Source of the DNA: Zygnema circumcarinatum SAG 698-1b
Lineage: Eukaryota; Plantae; Zygnematophyceae
Direction: 5' to 3'
NCBI GenBank assembly: GCA_037447605.1
Contig: CM074820.1
Location: 1,674,001 to 1,738,000, forward strand
Length of the DNA: 64,000 nt
Below are positions 1 through 12,305 of the stretch, piece after piece. Each line of letters opens with the position of its first letter. Position 1 is the stretch's first letter. The notes below the pieces were generated by a model that ran no database searches, had not been told where the DNA came from, and worked only from the letters and a program-made list of their open reading frames with translations. The position numbers were made by a program, and so were the translations under genes.

Positions 1-760
1 CTCATCATCCGAGTCAGCTCCCTCTTCCTCTACTCCATACTCTCTTGCTTGAGCTTTCTTAACTGCTTTCCGAGCTTCTTCCTCTTCCTCATTGAACTTA
101 AACCCACTCCCTCCATAGCCACTCCCATGTGCCTGTACCTCTCCTGACTTGACTTTCTCCATAAAGTCATCAGCTAGTTTCTTAAGGTCTTCCGGAATGG
201 GCTGCTCTGATAGGTCCAAAGCCTTGACTAAGTCAGGAGCATATCTCTCCTCTTCTGGAGAGATAAAGGTGACCGAAAAACCTTTTCTCCCTGCCCGTCC
301 GGTCCTCCCCACCCTATGCACGTAATCCTCATAGTGATTTGGGACATCGAAATTTACCACGAGTTCAAGTTCTTTCACATCTAGCCCTCTCGCTGCAACG
401 CTTGTAGCAATCATAATGTTGCAAACATTGGCTTTAAAATCTGCCAAAGTTTCTTCTCTGTCAGTTTGATCTTTTGCTCCGTGTAAGGAGAGACAAGGGT
501 AGCCCTTTCCCATGAGTTCTTTGAACAGCCAATCACATTTGTCCTGCGAGTGAACAAATATCAAAATTTTTCCCTTTTCATACCATTCTCCCAGAAGCTC
601 AAGAAGTCGCAAAAAGCGTTGCTCGCCCTCAGGGCGGACCTCCACCGTTTGAGCAATGTCTTTGTTCACAACGCTGCGCCCTCCCACCTGCATGCAAAGG
701 ACACTGGAGTAAGTCTCTCTCGTAAGGGGTCTCTCTCTCCGTTTCTCTCTCTCTCTCTCG

Positions 761-793
<33 letters not shown>

Positions 794-2450
794 TCTTTCT
801 CTCTCACTTTCTTTGTCTCTCTCAAAACCTGTATCTGTCTAGGTGATTGCTCTCCTGCCACTCACTCACCTTCTGACACCAGTCTCTTCCATACACTCAG
901 TCTCTCACTCTGAAATTTCGTTCTCCTTCTCTCCTCCCCTCTTATCCCTCTGTCCTCTCACATTCTCCACGCCCTATCCCTCTTCGTCTTGCCTCATCTC
1001 TCCCTTCACCTCTCCCTCTTCCCCCTCTCCCCGCTCCCCCCCACCCCCCTTCCTTCCCCCTCTCCTCCNNNNNNNNNNCCACCTGAATCTCAACCGGCCG
1101 AGTCAACACTTTCCGAGCCAAAGTCTCCACTTGTCTCGGAAACGTTGCCGAAAACAATACTGTTTGTCTATCCGGTCGTGTGTTCTGCACCATTCGAGCG
1201 ATCTGCGGTTCAAACCCCATATCGAACATTCGGTCTGCTTCGTCCATTACCAAATAAGTAACTCGCCTCAAATTTGTGATTTTTCCTGCTCCCGTACATA
1301 GAATGTCTATCATCCGTCCCGGAGTACAGACGACTATATGTGTTCCCCGTTTCAGTTCGCTGATTTGCGCAGCAACTCCTCCTCCTCCGTAAACCGCAAC
1401 AGCACTCAAATTTAAGGGTTTACTGAATTTCCGAATATCGCTATAAATTTGATGCACGAGTTCGCGGGTGGGAGCCATGATCATCGCTATTGGTCCGTCT
1501 CCTGACTCCAAATCCGGCTGCAAAAAAAAAAAAAAACAGGGACCCATTTTCAGATCATGAAAATGTTAGGATGAAGACGACTGAATGTGACGAGGGGGTT
1601 GAGAAAATTAGCGGTATTCAGATAGTAAGGGTTCAGAACTAGTGGGCTAAAACCTTCTCTATGGGGATGTTAATACTTGTGACCTCTTCCGGTTCAGTTT
1701 CAACACTAGTTATTTCCCTCATTCTGGACATCTACATGTGATATGTGTTCATGTTCTTCCTTACTTTGCTCTTATTCCCATATCTAAAGTCCAGTGAAAC
1801 TGGCCCTTATTACCCACCCTAAATCTAAACATAACCATTGACTCGAACCCTAAAACTCTGACTCCAATCTAAAACCCTTGAGCCGTTCCTCTACTCTATT
1901 CGTAACCTGACTGTGAAGACTAAGCCTAAATACTTACGCCTTGACAAAAACTCTGCGCAGAAAAAAAAACCCTTACCCTGATTCAAACCTTAACCCTAAC
2001 TCTGGCCCTAATTAAACCCTAACCCTAACCTAACCCCAACCTTACCCCTAAGCCATACCCCTAATCCTAACACTAACCCTGACCCTAACCCTAACCCTAA
2101 CCTCAAACCTAACTCTAACCTTGAAACTAACCCTAACCATTACCCTAAATCCAACCCTCACCATAGGCCCAATCCCACTAAACCCAAACCCTAACCATAA
2201 CCTGACCCTAGACTTACGCCGGCCATACCCCTAACCCTACCCTAACATCCAAACCTGCCTAACCGTGAGCTTAGCCCTAAACTCCAACCCTAACCCTAAA
2301 CCTAACCCTAACGCTAACCCTAGGCTAGCCCCACCCCTAACCCTAACCCTAACCCTCACCCTCACCCTCACCTAACCCTAACCCTAAAACCCTAACCCTA
2401 ACCCTAAAACCCTAATCCTAACCCTAACCCTAACCCTAACCCTAACCCTA

Positions 2451-2488
<38 letters not shown>

Positions 2489-5400
2489 CCTAACCCTAAA
2501 ACCCTAAACCCTAAGCCCTAAACCCTAACCCTAACCCTAACCCTAACCCTAACCCTAACCCTAACCCTAACCCTAACCCTAAAACCCTTACCCTAACCCT
2601 AAAACCCTTACCCTAACCCTAACCCTAACCCTAACCCTAAAACCCTTTCCCTAACCCTTACCCTGACCTTAACCCTAACCCGAAAACCCTAACCCTAACC
2701 CTAAAACCCTTACCCTAACCCTAAAACCCTTACCCTAACCCTAACCCTTACCCTAACCCTAACCCTAACCCTTTTGCCGGCATGCATGAGTGAGCACTGC
2801 TCTCCTGCTCACCTCGCATGCCCCGTTGCGCGGCGCCACATTCCCATCCCTGACAGCACGACAAGGATTATGTTTGTCAATTTCTTACCTAATTCCTGCC
2901 CTTTCTTCGAGTCAAATATTAGTCAGTCCCCCAGTTATTTGATAAAACGTTTTGTCCATTTCTCACCTAATGTCTCCTCGTTTGTTCGAACCAACTGTAG
3001 GAATCCCCTTAACTTGGTAAAGCACAGGGCGGAGCTCACTTTCAACTGCCACTCTCTATTTGCTTCATGGACCTATTTAAAGCCTCTTCAAGTCACAACT
3101 GAAGAAACCCATTCCATAAAAACCCTAAAAAACAGAGCTCTGGAGAAACAGATTTCAAGACCAGCAAAGTGGAGATCGTTCCCCGCACCGCTAAGCCAAA
3201 ATCATCACCACCATTGACAAGCATCGCTTTTATAGCTGTTCTATGTTTACATTTACACGTAATGTAAACAATGCCCCAAGACTCTTTATGACGTTCAGAA
3301 AAAAAAGGGGGGTAAATGTCGTCAGAGCATTGCAACAAGTAGATTTTTTTTGTGGCAGGATGTCAGGAACTTCGATTCAACCGAGTTCGAAGAAAAAAAA
3401 CCCTAAAATCTGAATGAACAATGCCATCAGATTTCTGCAACCCCTGTATGCATCTGTTCCATCATATTTCGTTCCGTTTTCCAACCCGTTAAGTTCCAAT
3501 AAACTCTTAACGCCTACAAATTTTGAGTTTAATGAGCCAAAGGCCATTAGAACCCTAAATAACCCCAATTCTCTAAACACCCAAGTTTCAACCAATTCGA
3601 CTAATCAACCAACCAACCAATCAATTAGTCAAATCAGTCAAACAGGTGACTAATTACCTGATCCATAATATGTCGCAGCATCGGCAGCACAAAAGCGAGC
3701 GTTTTTCCAGACCCAGTTTTTGCAATTCCAATGCAGTCTCTCCCACTCATAATGATCGGCAAAGCCTGTGCCTGTATCGGCATGGGTTTTTCAAACCCTG
3801 CTTTTTTTATCACCTCTAAAATCTTGTTACTGAGCCCCGTCTGATTCCATGTCTTAACTGGCTTCGGAACTTCCTTCCCTCTCAGTTTAAACTCGTGTTC
3901 CGTGCGATATTCCGTAACGTCTGCCTGAGACATCCGTTCAATCTCCTTCACTTCTATGTAGAAATTTTTACGGAACGGAGGGTAATCGATTTTCGAGTGG
4001 TCGACCGGCGGTAGTTTATCGACTTTTGAGCCTTTTTCACTCATCCTTTTGTAAAATTCGGCGTCATCTTCTTCTTCTGATTTTCCAGGACCCCCTTCGT
4101 CGTCTTTTTCCTCCTCCGCATCTGACTCGTCTCCAAACATTAATCCAATTGGACCCAATTTTGCCTTTTTCTTAGAATTATTATTACTAGTACTATTTAC
4201 GCCACCTGTTGCCTTCCGATTGGCTCCCATACCTTCCAAAAACTTCGCTCCGCCGATTTTTATACCGAAGCCCCCTTTCTTCTCCTTCCCTCCTTTCTTC
4301 AGAACCTTAAAAAACCTCTCCTCTTCCTCCTCCTCCTCCTCCATCTTCACGTCCATCTTTAAGCCTTCCTTGCCCCCTCCCTCTCTCGCTCCCACTCCCA
4401 CTCCCTCGCCCTCTTCCGCTCCTTTAGCAGTTAACTTCTGAACCTCTGGAAGCACCATCGAATTCATGAAAGCATCAAGAGGGTCTACCTCCTCCGCCTC
4501 CTCCACTCCTTCTCCCTCTTTCTCTCCACCTCTCCCTTTCTCTCCCTCTCCCTCGCCCACTCCTTCTCCCTCTCCCTCTCCCTCGCCCTCCCTCTCTCCC
4601 TCTCCCTCTCCCTCTCCCACCTCCTCCATTTTCACGTCTCCTGTCCCTTCCTTCGCCCCATCCTCCTCCTCGTCCGACTCGTCTCCCTCCAAAGTCCATT
4701 TCTTAACCTTCTGTTTCACGCCGCCTTCCTCTCCCTCTCCTCCCTCTCCCTCTCCCTCTCCGCTTCCCTCCTTCCCCTCTCCCCTCAACGCTCTCTCCTC
4801 TTCCTCCTTCTTCCTCTTCGTCTCCTGCCACTCCTGAACCCTCCTCCTCCTCTTCTCGATCTCCTCATCGAGCTTTTTCTGCTCCTCCTCCGCCGAAATT
4901 TCCTCCGATTTAAGGCTCAAAGTTTTTTCTTTTCTGGGCCCCTCCTCCTTTTCCTCTTTTCTCCGCTTCTTGCTCTCTCTCTCGTCCTCCTCCTCCTCTC
5001 TTGCCGCCCTCTCTCGCTTTTCTCTCTCTCTCTCCTTAGCCTTCTCTTTTTCTTTCCTCCTCTCCCTCTCCTTCTCACGCTCCCTCTCCTCTCTATGCTT
5101 CTCCCTTTCTCTTTCCCTTTCCCTCTCTCTCTCCCTCTCTTTCTCGCGCTCCCTCTCCCTCTCCCTCTCCCTCTCCTTCTTCTCCCGGTCTCTTGCAATC
5201 CCCCTCTCTATCTCCCTCTCCCTCTCCTTCTCCCTCTCTCTCACTACTGCAGCCCTCTCCCTCACCCGATCCCTCTCCCGCATTCTCTCCTTCTCCTTCT
5301 CCTTCTCCTTCTCTCTCTCCCTCTCCTTCTCCATATCCCCCCTCTCCCTCTCCTTCTCCCTCGCCTTCCTCTCCCTCCCCCTCCCATCTTCCTCTTCCCT

Positions 5401-5922
5401 CTTCCCCCTCTCCTTTTCCTTTTCCTTCTCCTTCTCCTTTTCTTTCTCTCCCTCCAACCCCCTCTCCTCCTGCCTCTCTCCCTCCCGCCGACTCCTCTCC
5501 TCTCTCCTTTTTTTCTCTTTCTCTCTATCCCCCTTCCCTCCCCTGCTTCTTCCTTTCTCTCTACCCCCCAAGCCCTCTCCCTCCCTCCCTCCCTCCTCTC
5601 CCTCCCCAACACCCACTCCCATCTCTCTCTCTCCCCCTCTCTTTCTCCTCCCCCCCTCCTCTCCTCCCTTCCTCCCGCCGTTCATCACCTCTCTCCTCCT
5701 CTCCGCCTCCTCTCCCGCCAATTCCCTCCCTCGCCTCCCCTCTCTCTTCCTCTCCCTCCTCTCCTCCTCTCCCTCCCCACTCCCGCCTCCCTCTCCCTCT
5801 CCCCCCCCATGCCCATCTACCGCCTTGCCTTCCCCCACTTCCTCCGCCTCCCTCCTCTTCGACCTCCTCTCCTTCCCCCTCCGCCCGCCGCTCGCAGGCT
5901 CTCCCCCTCCATCGCTGCCCAT
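1..5922 (-). CDS. RH42: DEAD-box RNA helicase RH42/Prp5/DDX46, 3'-partial (exons 5922-3658, 1517-1083, 687-<1)
   Basis: Long RE/KE-rich N-terminus followed by the Q-motif ([11 protein letters not shown]), [24 protein letters not shown] and ARGLD...[14 protein letters not shown] junctions restore the continuous protein (MDQ|PDLESGDGP and EIQ|[10 protein letters not shown]). Confidence 0.95.
1980..2772 (+). repeat. Interstitial telomere-like array (CCCTAA)n with CCCTAAA/CCCTAAAA/CCCTCA/CCCTTA variants, inside RH42 intron 1
   Basis: Read directly; near-perfect CCCTAA runs at about 2420-2455 and 2525-2580. Confidence 0.95.
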
Positions 5923-7110
5923 CGCCCTCTCCCTCTCCCCTCTCGCTCCCTCCCTCTGTCTCTCCCTCTCCCTTCTCCCTCTCGAACTCCCTCTCTCCCC
6001 CCCAACCCTAAAACAGAGTGCCTACACATTTGGAGCCGATTCCACGAGGTCGGCGATGGTTGGGTTCGGAACGGAGCCCTACATAGAACGCGGCTCATCT
6101 CACAGCGTTCCATGAGTTTGTACTGCTGCAAATCTGCTCTACGGTTAGACCGTCAGATTAACACCTGCATAGAAGTTAGTAATTCAGTAGTAGATGCTAT
6201 ATTTGTATTTCTTAAACTAAACGACCGAGAGCATGTGCACAGTCGCAGATTTTGTAACAATAACTGGAACTGCGTCTCATGTGACCGTCGGATAGTCATT
6301 CCTAACTGGCTGCTGAACGGGATTCAGACAGGGAAGGATTCTGTGCAATTAGAATCCGTAAAAATCCGTACTCTTTCAATCCGTACAGTTACCGTTGAGC
6401 CATGATGTTCGTAACTTTACGATACCGATTCTTCCGATCAAGAACGTGACGTGACATTAACGAGGGTTGTACCCTTCATGACCCGTCCAATGTTCCAAAC
6501 ATGCGATTTGTTCAACACGGCTCGGAAAACTCCAATTTGTGAACTGTCGGTTTGCAAGAATAATTTTTTATAATTAAACGGAGGAGGAGCTCCAATCACA
6601 TCACGCCACTAAGCAGCACGCGTATGGACACTCGTGGTTTCGTGGACACTCGTGGACACTCGTCACGTACACTCGTGGTTTCGAGATCATCAGAATTTCG
6701 TTCCTTCTAAAAACATAAAAATAAATAAAAAATAAGGAATTCTTACATGGTAGTTGAACCCAAGCGACATGAAGCATGGCTCAAGGACAATGGCGCAAAC
6801 TCAATTCTTCTCCTTAAACCCCCGCACTCTACACTCTATAAGCCCTGAGACCTGAGTTCCTTGCCCCTTGCCCCCTCCCTCGAACCCTAATCGCGTCCTT
6901 ACAACTACCGCAAGTACAACCGACTCTCGATAAAGACATATTCCCAACGACTGGACTGGATAAAGTTACAGAAACGGAGCCGTCACATCGCGCTCAAGTC
7001 CTTCCTATTGGAGCGGACCTCCCATGGTGACCCATCCCGACCCCATGACCCCATGACCCCATGACCCCATGACCCCATGCATCTATGCATACATGCGCGC
7101 ATGGGGGCGG

Positions 7111-10100
7111 TCAGGCGAGGGCGGCGCGCGCGGTGATGGCGGCGATGAAGCGTTCGGAGTCCGAGACGGAGCCGAACACGCCGCCCTGCACACGGGCATG
7201 CAGCGGTGAGAGGGAGGGAGGGAGGGAGGGAGGGAGAGAGGGAGAGAGGGGAGAGGGGAGAGAGGAGGGNNNNNNNNNNGAGGGGGGGAAGGGGGCCGGA
7301 GAGGTGGAAGGAGGGGGAGAGGGAGAGGGAGAGGGAGGTGGGGAGGCGGAGAGGTGAGCAGGAGAAGAAGGGAGAGGGTGAGTGGGACAGGAAGGAAACC
7401 GGGTGGAGGGAGAGGGGGAGTGGGGAGAGGGGAGAGAGGGAGAAGGAGACAGAGAGAAGAGAGGAGTAAGCGCACCTGCATCTTGACCATGTTGATGGCG
7501 GCGAGATGGTTACTGTAGTCAGTTGCTCCCGTGCAGTCCGAAAGCAGCAGGCACTCAAACCTGGTAGGGAGCAATACAGGTGGACTCGGATCCACTGAGA
7601 TCAATATTTAATAACTGTTGCCAGTGAGATCCTTGAGATCAACAGAGGGCAACTAGGGTCAACTGAGATAAGAACTAAGACAAACTAAAACTGAGATCAA
7701 CTGATACTAACTGAGATCAACCGAGTCTAACTGGGGTCAACCGAGATCATCAGACAGTGAGTATCACAGAGTATCAAACAAAATTTTAGGGCAGCAGGCT
7801 TCACAAAAGACAAGAAAAGAAAAAAAAAAAAAAGCTCTGACTGGTACACTTCAAACTAAAAAATTTCAGTTCCTGCGAGTCCTGCCTTTTTTTTTCCTCC
7901 TCCTCGATTTCCTGTTTTTTTTCTTCAGTCCTTTTTTCAGAACAATGTGAACAAAAGAAATTGCAAAACTGACCCGCGATCGTTCGCATCTCGCATCGTA
8001 GTGTGAACGCAGACATCTGTCGTAATTCCCGCCAAAACAATGTTCTTGATTCCCCTGCAAACAAAACCACTAGTTTTTTTTTTCCTTAAGTAATCGTTTT
8101 TCCGCACGCACTTCAGTTCAGAAACGAGAAAAAAAAATGCGTCTAACTAAGCTTAGAAATAATCAAAGTCATGTCAATGCACAAGAATAAATAGGGGAAA
8201 AGAAAGCACCTGAGATGAAGGAGAAGCTCCAAATCCGTGGCATAAAAGGAGCCCTGCAGGATGCGGTCATGAACATGTTCGGTCAGAAGTGAGACAGAGG
8301 TAGAGAGGGAGAGAGAGGGAGGGAGAGCAAGAGGGAGGGAGGGAGGGAGGGAGGGAGGAGGGAGGGAGAGGGAGAGAGAGGGAGGGAGAGCAAGAGGGAG
8401 GGAGGGAGAGGGAGGGAGAGGGAGGGAGGGAGAGGGAGGGAGGGAGAGAGAGGGAGAGGGAGGGAGAGAACGAGAGCCAATCAAAGAGAAGAGAGTGAAC
8501 TAGGGTTCTCTTTCTTTGGAGGGGAAAGGAAACGTTTATGGTGTTGTGGAGGTTCGAACTGGTGACCTTTCCAGGCTTCTCTATGACCGGCTCTCCCTCG
8601 ATGGGGTAAAGCTCGGGAATGATGTCCCACCCCTTCTCTCCTCTCACCTGCAAACATTGGCAAGGTTTGAACAGGGGTCCATTTCGAATATAGATTGACA
8701 CTCTTGCAGAACACAGCCTCTCTCCTCCTCTCGCTCTCTCCCACCCTCTCTCGTGCTCTCTCTTCTTCTCTCGTTCTCTCCCACACTCTCTGCCTCCTCT
8801 CCCGCACTCCCTCCCCTCTTGCCCTTCTCCCCTCCCCCCCTCCTCCCCTCTTTCCCCCTCCCTCCCCCCCCTCTCCCTCCCCNNNNNNNNNNCCCTCCCC
8901 CCCCTCTCCCTCCCTCCCCTCTCCCTCCCCCCCCTCTCCCTCCCCCCCGGCAGCATCGCTCACCAAAATGCGGCCTGCCGGACCTTTATCGCCGATTCCT
9001 GCTCCAATTTTTTGCGACCTCCATCGCTGCAAACTCAAAATAGTGAAAGAAATTGCAGAATTGGGCCTTTCTTATCTACAAGTCGCAACTCCAAACGAAT
9101 AAAAAAGGAAAAATTAAAAATTTTCATCTCCTTTGTCAAAAATTTCCCTCTCTTTCCTCACCTTATTCGCAGGGAGGTCCGCGAGATCTGGTCTATGGCC
9201 CTCACGCGTGTGAAACACGTGGTAGCCCAAATCGCGACACGTGGCAAGAACTCGCTTGATAGGCTCAATAGGAGCCTGCCACGTGGACACACACCCCCTC
9301 CCTCTCTCCCCCCTCCTACTCAGACTTCTTCTCAACATTAAAAAACTCGCCAAAATTCAAAAGAAAAAAGGGGAAGGGGGGTCGGGAGGGAAAAAAATGA
9401 AGTATTAGAAAGGAGCCTTAGGAGCCCTGAACCCTAATAGACCCAAGAAACTCTAGTTTCAATCCTAGAATTAAGTTTTTTTAAACAGTTTCCTAAAACC
9501 CTAAAACTCCCTTTTTTCTTTATCTTTGTACTTTTCCTACCTGTGTGAGGGAGAGGTCATATCCCATCTGTTCCACATAACCTCCTTTTCCGCAAAAATC
9601 TGTTTGCATATCAATAATAAGAAAAACCTGCAATAAAAAACTACCCAAAGAAATTGGGGGTTATAGTGAGAATGAAGTGTTCAGGTTTATATCAGATTTG
9701 AGTTTTAGGGTTTGGCCAAAAGTCAGAGTTTAGGGTTTTGACTTCCGTACAGTGTTGGAGGGTCGGAGGTCCGCATCGTACGGCCAGTTGTACGGATCCC
9801 CCTCTACAAGTGGAGCAGCAATGCCAAGTGGCACGCTCCCATTGGCTCCAGCAGCCTCTGTATAGGCCCTCCAACCGCCATACGAAGTAATGTCTTTCTT
9901 CCCCTGCACGAAAGACACAACTTTTAGGGTTTAGGGTTTTAGGGTTTAAGATGCGGTTTAGAGAAAGCGTTCATTAAAAGATTGTGGCACAGAAACCGCT
10001 ATAAACTAACAGCGTACGAACCAACTAAGACATGGAAACGCGGCCCTTGCCACATGGAAACTGTCAGAGACCATAGAGACATAGAACGGAGAGCTGTTTA

Positions 10101-11319
10101 ACGGCGAGACACAGAACAGAACGGAACGGCGCGCATGGAGCACCTGTACGATGTACGGCTCCGCGAGCACTCCGAGGAGCGCCTCGCCGCCCGCCAGCGC
10201 GACGCGGCCCACGGCCAGACCGGGGGGCTCCTGGAGGAGGACGGCCACCAGGCCGGGGGGGGGGACCTCCCACACCTGGGGGAGAGAGGGAGAGGGAGAG
10301 AGGGAGGGAGGGAGAGNNNNNNNNNNGGGTTGGGAGAAGGAAGGGGAGGGAGAGGAGGGAGAGGGAGGGAGAGGGGGAGGGACGGTGATGCGAGGGGGGG
10401 AGGAGGGGTGAGGGGGAGAGAGGGAGGGAGGGGAGGGGAGGCAGGGGAGGAGGGAGCGGGGATGGGGTAAAAGGGGGGGAAGAGAGACGAAGTTGGACAG
10501 GGGTAGAAAGAGAGAGTGCCAGAGAGAAGGGGCGAAAGGGACGAGAGACAGAGAAAGTGAAGCATAACGAGAGAGAGAGAGAGAGAGAGAGTAGGAATGA
10601 CAGAGAGAGAGAGAGAGGCCTACCTCCACTGCAATAGCCGCACCCTCCGACTCCTCCGTCACCCTCACCATGGCGGGATGCACATCATCGATGGAGTAGA
10701 GGCGGTACACAGGGGCGGTTTCAGTCTCCCTGAACCCCAAAATCAATTACCAAGATTATACTAAATTCTGAAGTAAAAGACATACCTTTAATTCAATCTT
10801 TGTAGTACTCTCTGTGCTGCTATTCACATTCTCGCTGGGATTTATTAGAAAACACAAAAAAAATTAAGCCACCGATCCTGTTTTAGGATTGCTTTATGCA
10901 TGACTACTCATTGTTACATTCTGGGCCAAATTTCAAATTTATAACATCTCTGTTGCCAAAAAAAAATTGCAATTATTCACGGAAACCCATATGTATCAAA
11001 AAAATTAAACTGAGGGCGCATGGAACCCCAAAACTGGAAACTTCAATGGCGATCGATCAGTGGCTGACTGCTATTCAAAATCTGAGGGGAGGGCTGTGCC
11101 CCCAACGGCAGCCATGGACCGCCACTGGCAATGTAGGCGCGGAGGGATGCGCACTACGTGACAAGCCGTGATGTGCGTGACGTGACGTGCATTCGCGACA
11201 TAATGTGATGCAGAGAAGGGAGGTGATGCGCGCCTGACAAAGGATGCGCCGGCGGTCAGGAGGTTGCCGTTGAGGGCGAGGCCGCGCATTAGGGTTCCGT
11301 TGACTGCTAACTGAACCAT
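7111..11319 (-). CDS. biuH: Allophanate-hydrolase C-terminal-like (GGCT-like) domain fused to biuret hydrolase (isochorismatase-like cysteine hydrolase), 368 aa. Exons 11319-11234, 10729-10624, 10275-10144, 9903-9751, 9627-9541, 9275-9162, 9026-8964, 8647-8567, 8253-8210, 8054-7974, 7560-7476, 7185-7111
   Basis: The spliced exons sum to 1107 nt with an open frame. N-domain: [14 protein letters not shown]...[16 protein letters not shown]...VEVWEVP...[10 protein letters not shown]...[11 protein letters not shown]-domain: [34 protein letters not shown]...[21 protein letters not shown]...[34 protein letters not shown]...[52 protein letters not shown], which closely matches my recollection of Rhizobium BiuH. 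The D-K-C triad is present. Confidence 0.9.
7600..7770 (+). repeat. Degenerate ~10-bp minisatellite (ACTGAGATCA-like) in an intron of the biuH-fusion gene
   Basis: Repeated actgagatca/accgagatca/actgagataa units read directly. Confidence 0.7.
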
Positions 11320-12056
11320 GGCGGCAGGGGAGGGGAGGAAGGGGGAGGGAGAGGAGGAGAGGGAGAGAGAGAGAGAGAGAGAGAGAACGGGAGGGGGGGG
11401 GAGGGGGGGAAGAGAGAAACAGGGGCAAGAGGGAGAGAGAGAGAGTAAGAGGGAGGGAGGGGAAGGGGTAGGGAGAGAGGGGAAGAGAGAGAGGGAGAGG
11501 GAGAGAGGGCGAGAAGGACGGGGAGGGAGAGTGGGAGGTGAGTAGGGAAATTTGCGAGTCGCCTCTTTTGTCGGGAGAAACGTTTTGGAGCAAGAAATCT
11601 GGTCGCTGGAAGCTGGTGAGTGACGTCATAACATGAATATTTATGATGGTGTTATGCCAAGAGTTGGATGCTATGATGTATGCTGATTTGTCGGCTTCCT
11701 AAGATACATGACCTTTCCCACCGACATCGGGCAGAAAGGTTTAATTTATCTGACCGTGATTGGCGACCTTGCCTTGGGGCCGCGCCGGTCGTACGAACAA
11801 AACATTTCCGGTCAGGTCCGCAGCCAATGGGAGAGGAGAATGCCTGCCACGTGGACCACGTGGGCAGGCGTAAAAACGACAAAGTGTTCATTGCTACAGT
11901 ACGGACAAGACGAACGGTTGTACTTTAAGCATGAAGAAAACGACAGAGGACGTACATCCGCTCACACTGTGCGAACGAATTTCCAGATTCGTCTTTGTCC
12001 TACTATGCTGTACCTTACGGCACTACAGTCTCTATCTGGTCGGACCATCGATTGGA

Positions 12057-12305
12057 TCAACCGTTGAATGGTTGCTACTTCTGAGCCATTGATTCGCGAC
12101 ATAGCCAACCATTTCCAATGGTTCCAACCATTGAAAATGGTTGTCAAGTATGGCAACCATGGCCATCCAATGGGAAGCGACCATTGGCAATGGTTGTTTT
12201 GGGCGTAACGGAAATGGTTGGCAACCATTAAACGCAACGATTGGAACCATTGCCAATTGTTAGCTGGGTCGCGAATCAATGGCTCGCAATCATTCCAACG
12301 GTTGA
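12057..12305. mobile_element. ~250-bp foldback/MITE-like element built from CCATTG/CAATGG/CAACCA motifs
   Basis: Perfect 18-bp inverted repeat GAGCCATTGATTCGCGAC (12083-12100) / GTCGCGAATCAATGGCTC (12268-12285), plus outer TCAACCGTTG/CAACGGTTGA arms. No TSD resolved. Confidence 0.55.

Noticed and set aside
2774-3653. Small ORFs and a possible snoRNA or hairpin in RH42 intron 1
   Set aside because: No recognisable protein motifs. A box C-like GTGATGA lacks a properly placed box D, and the 10-bp hairpin is unremarkable.
4970-6405. Long plus-strand Leu/Ser/Pro-rich ORFs, and similar ORFs at 23757-25760, 24891-25745, 33001-33932, 48631-49323 and 49428-50059
   Set aside because: These are stop-free translations of CT/GA microsatellites, antisense to real exons or inside introns, with no domain content.
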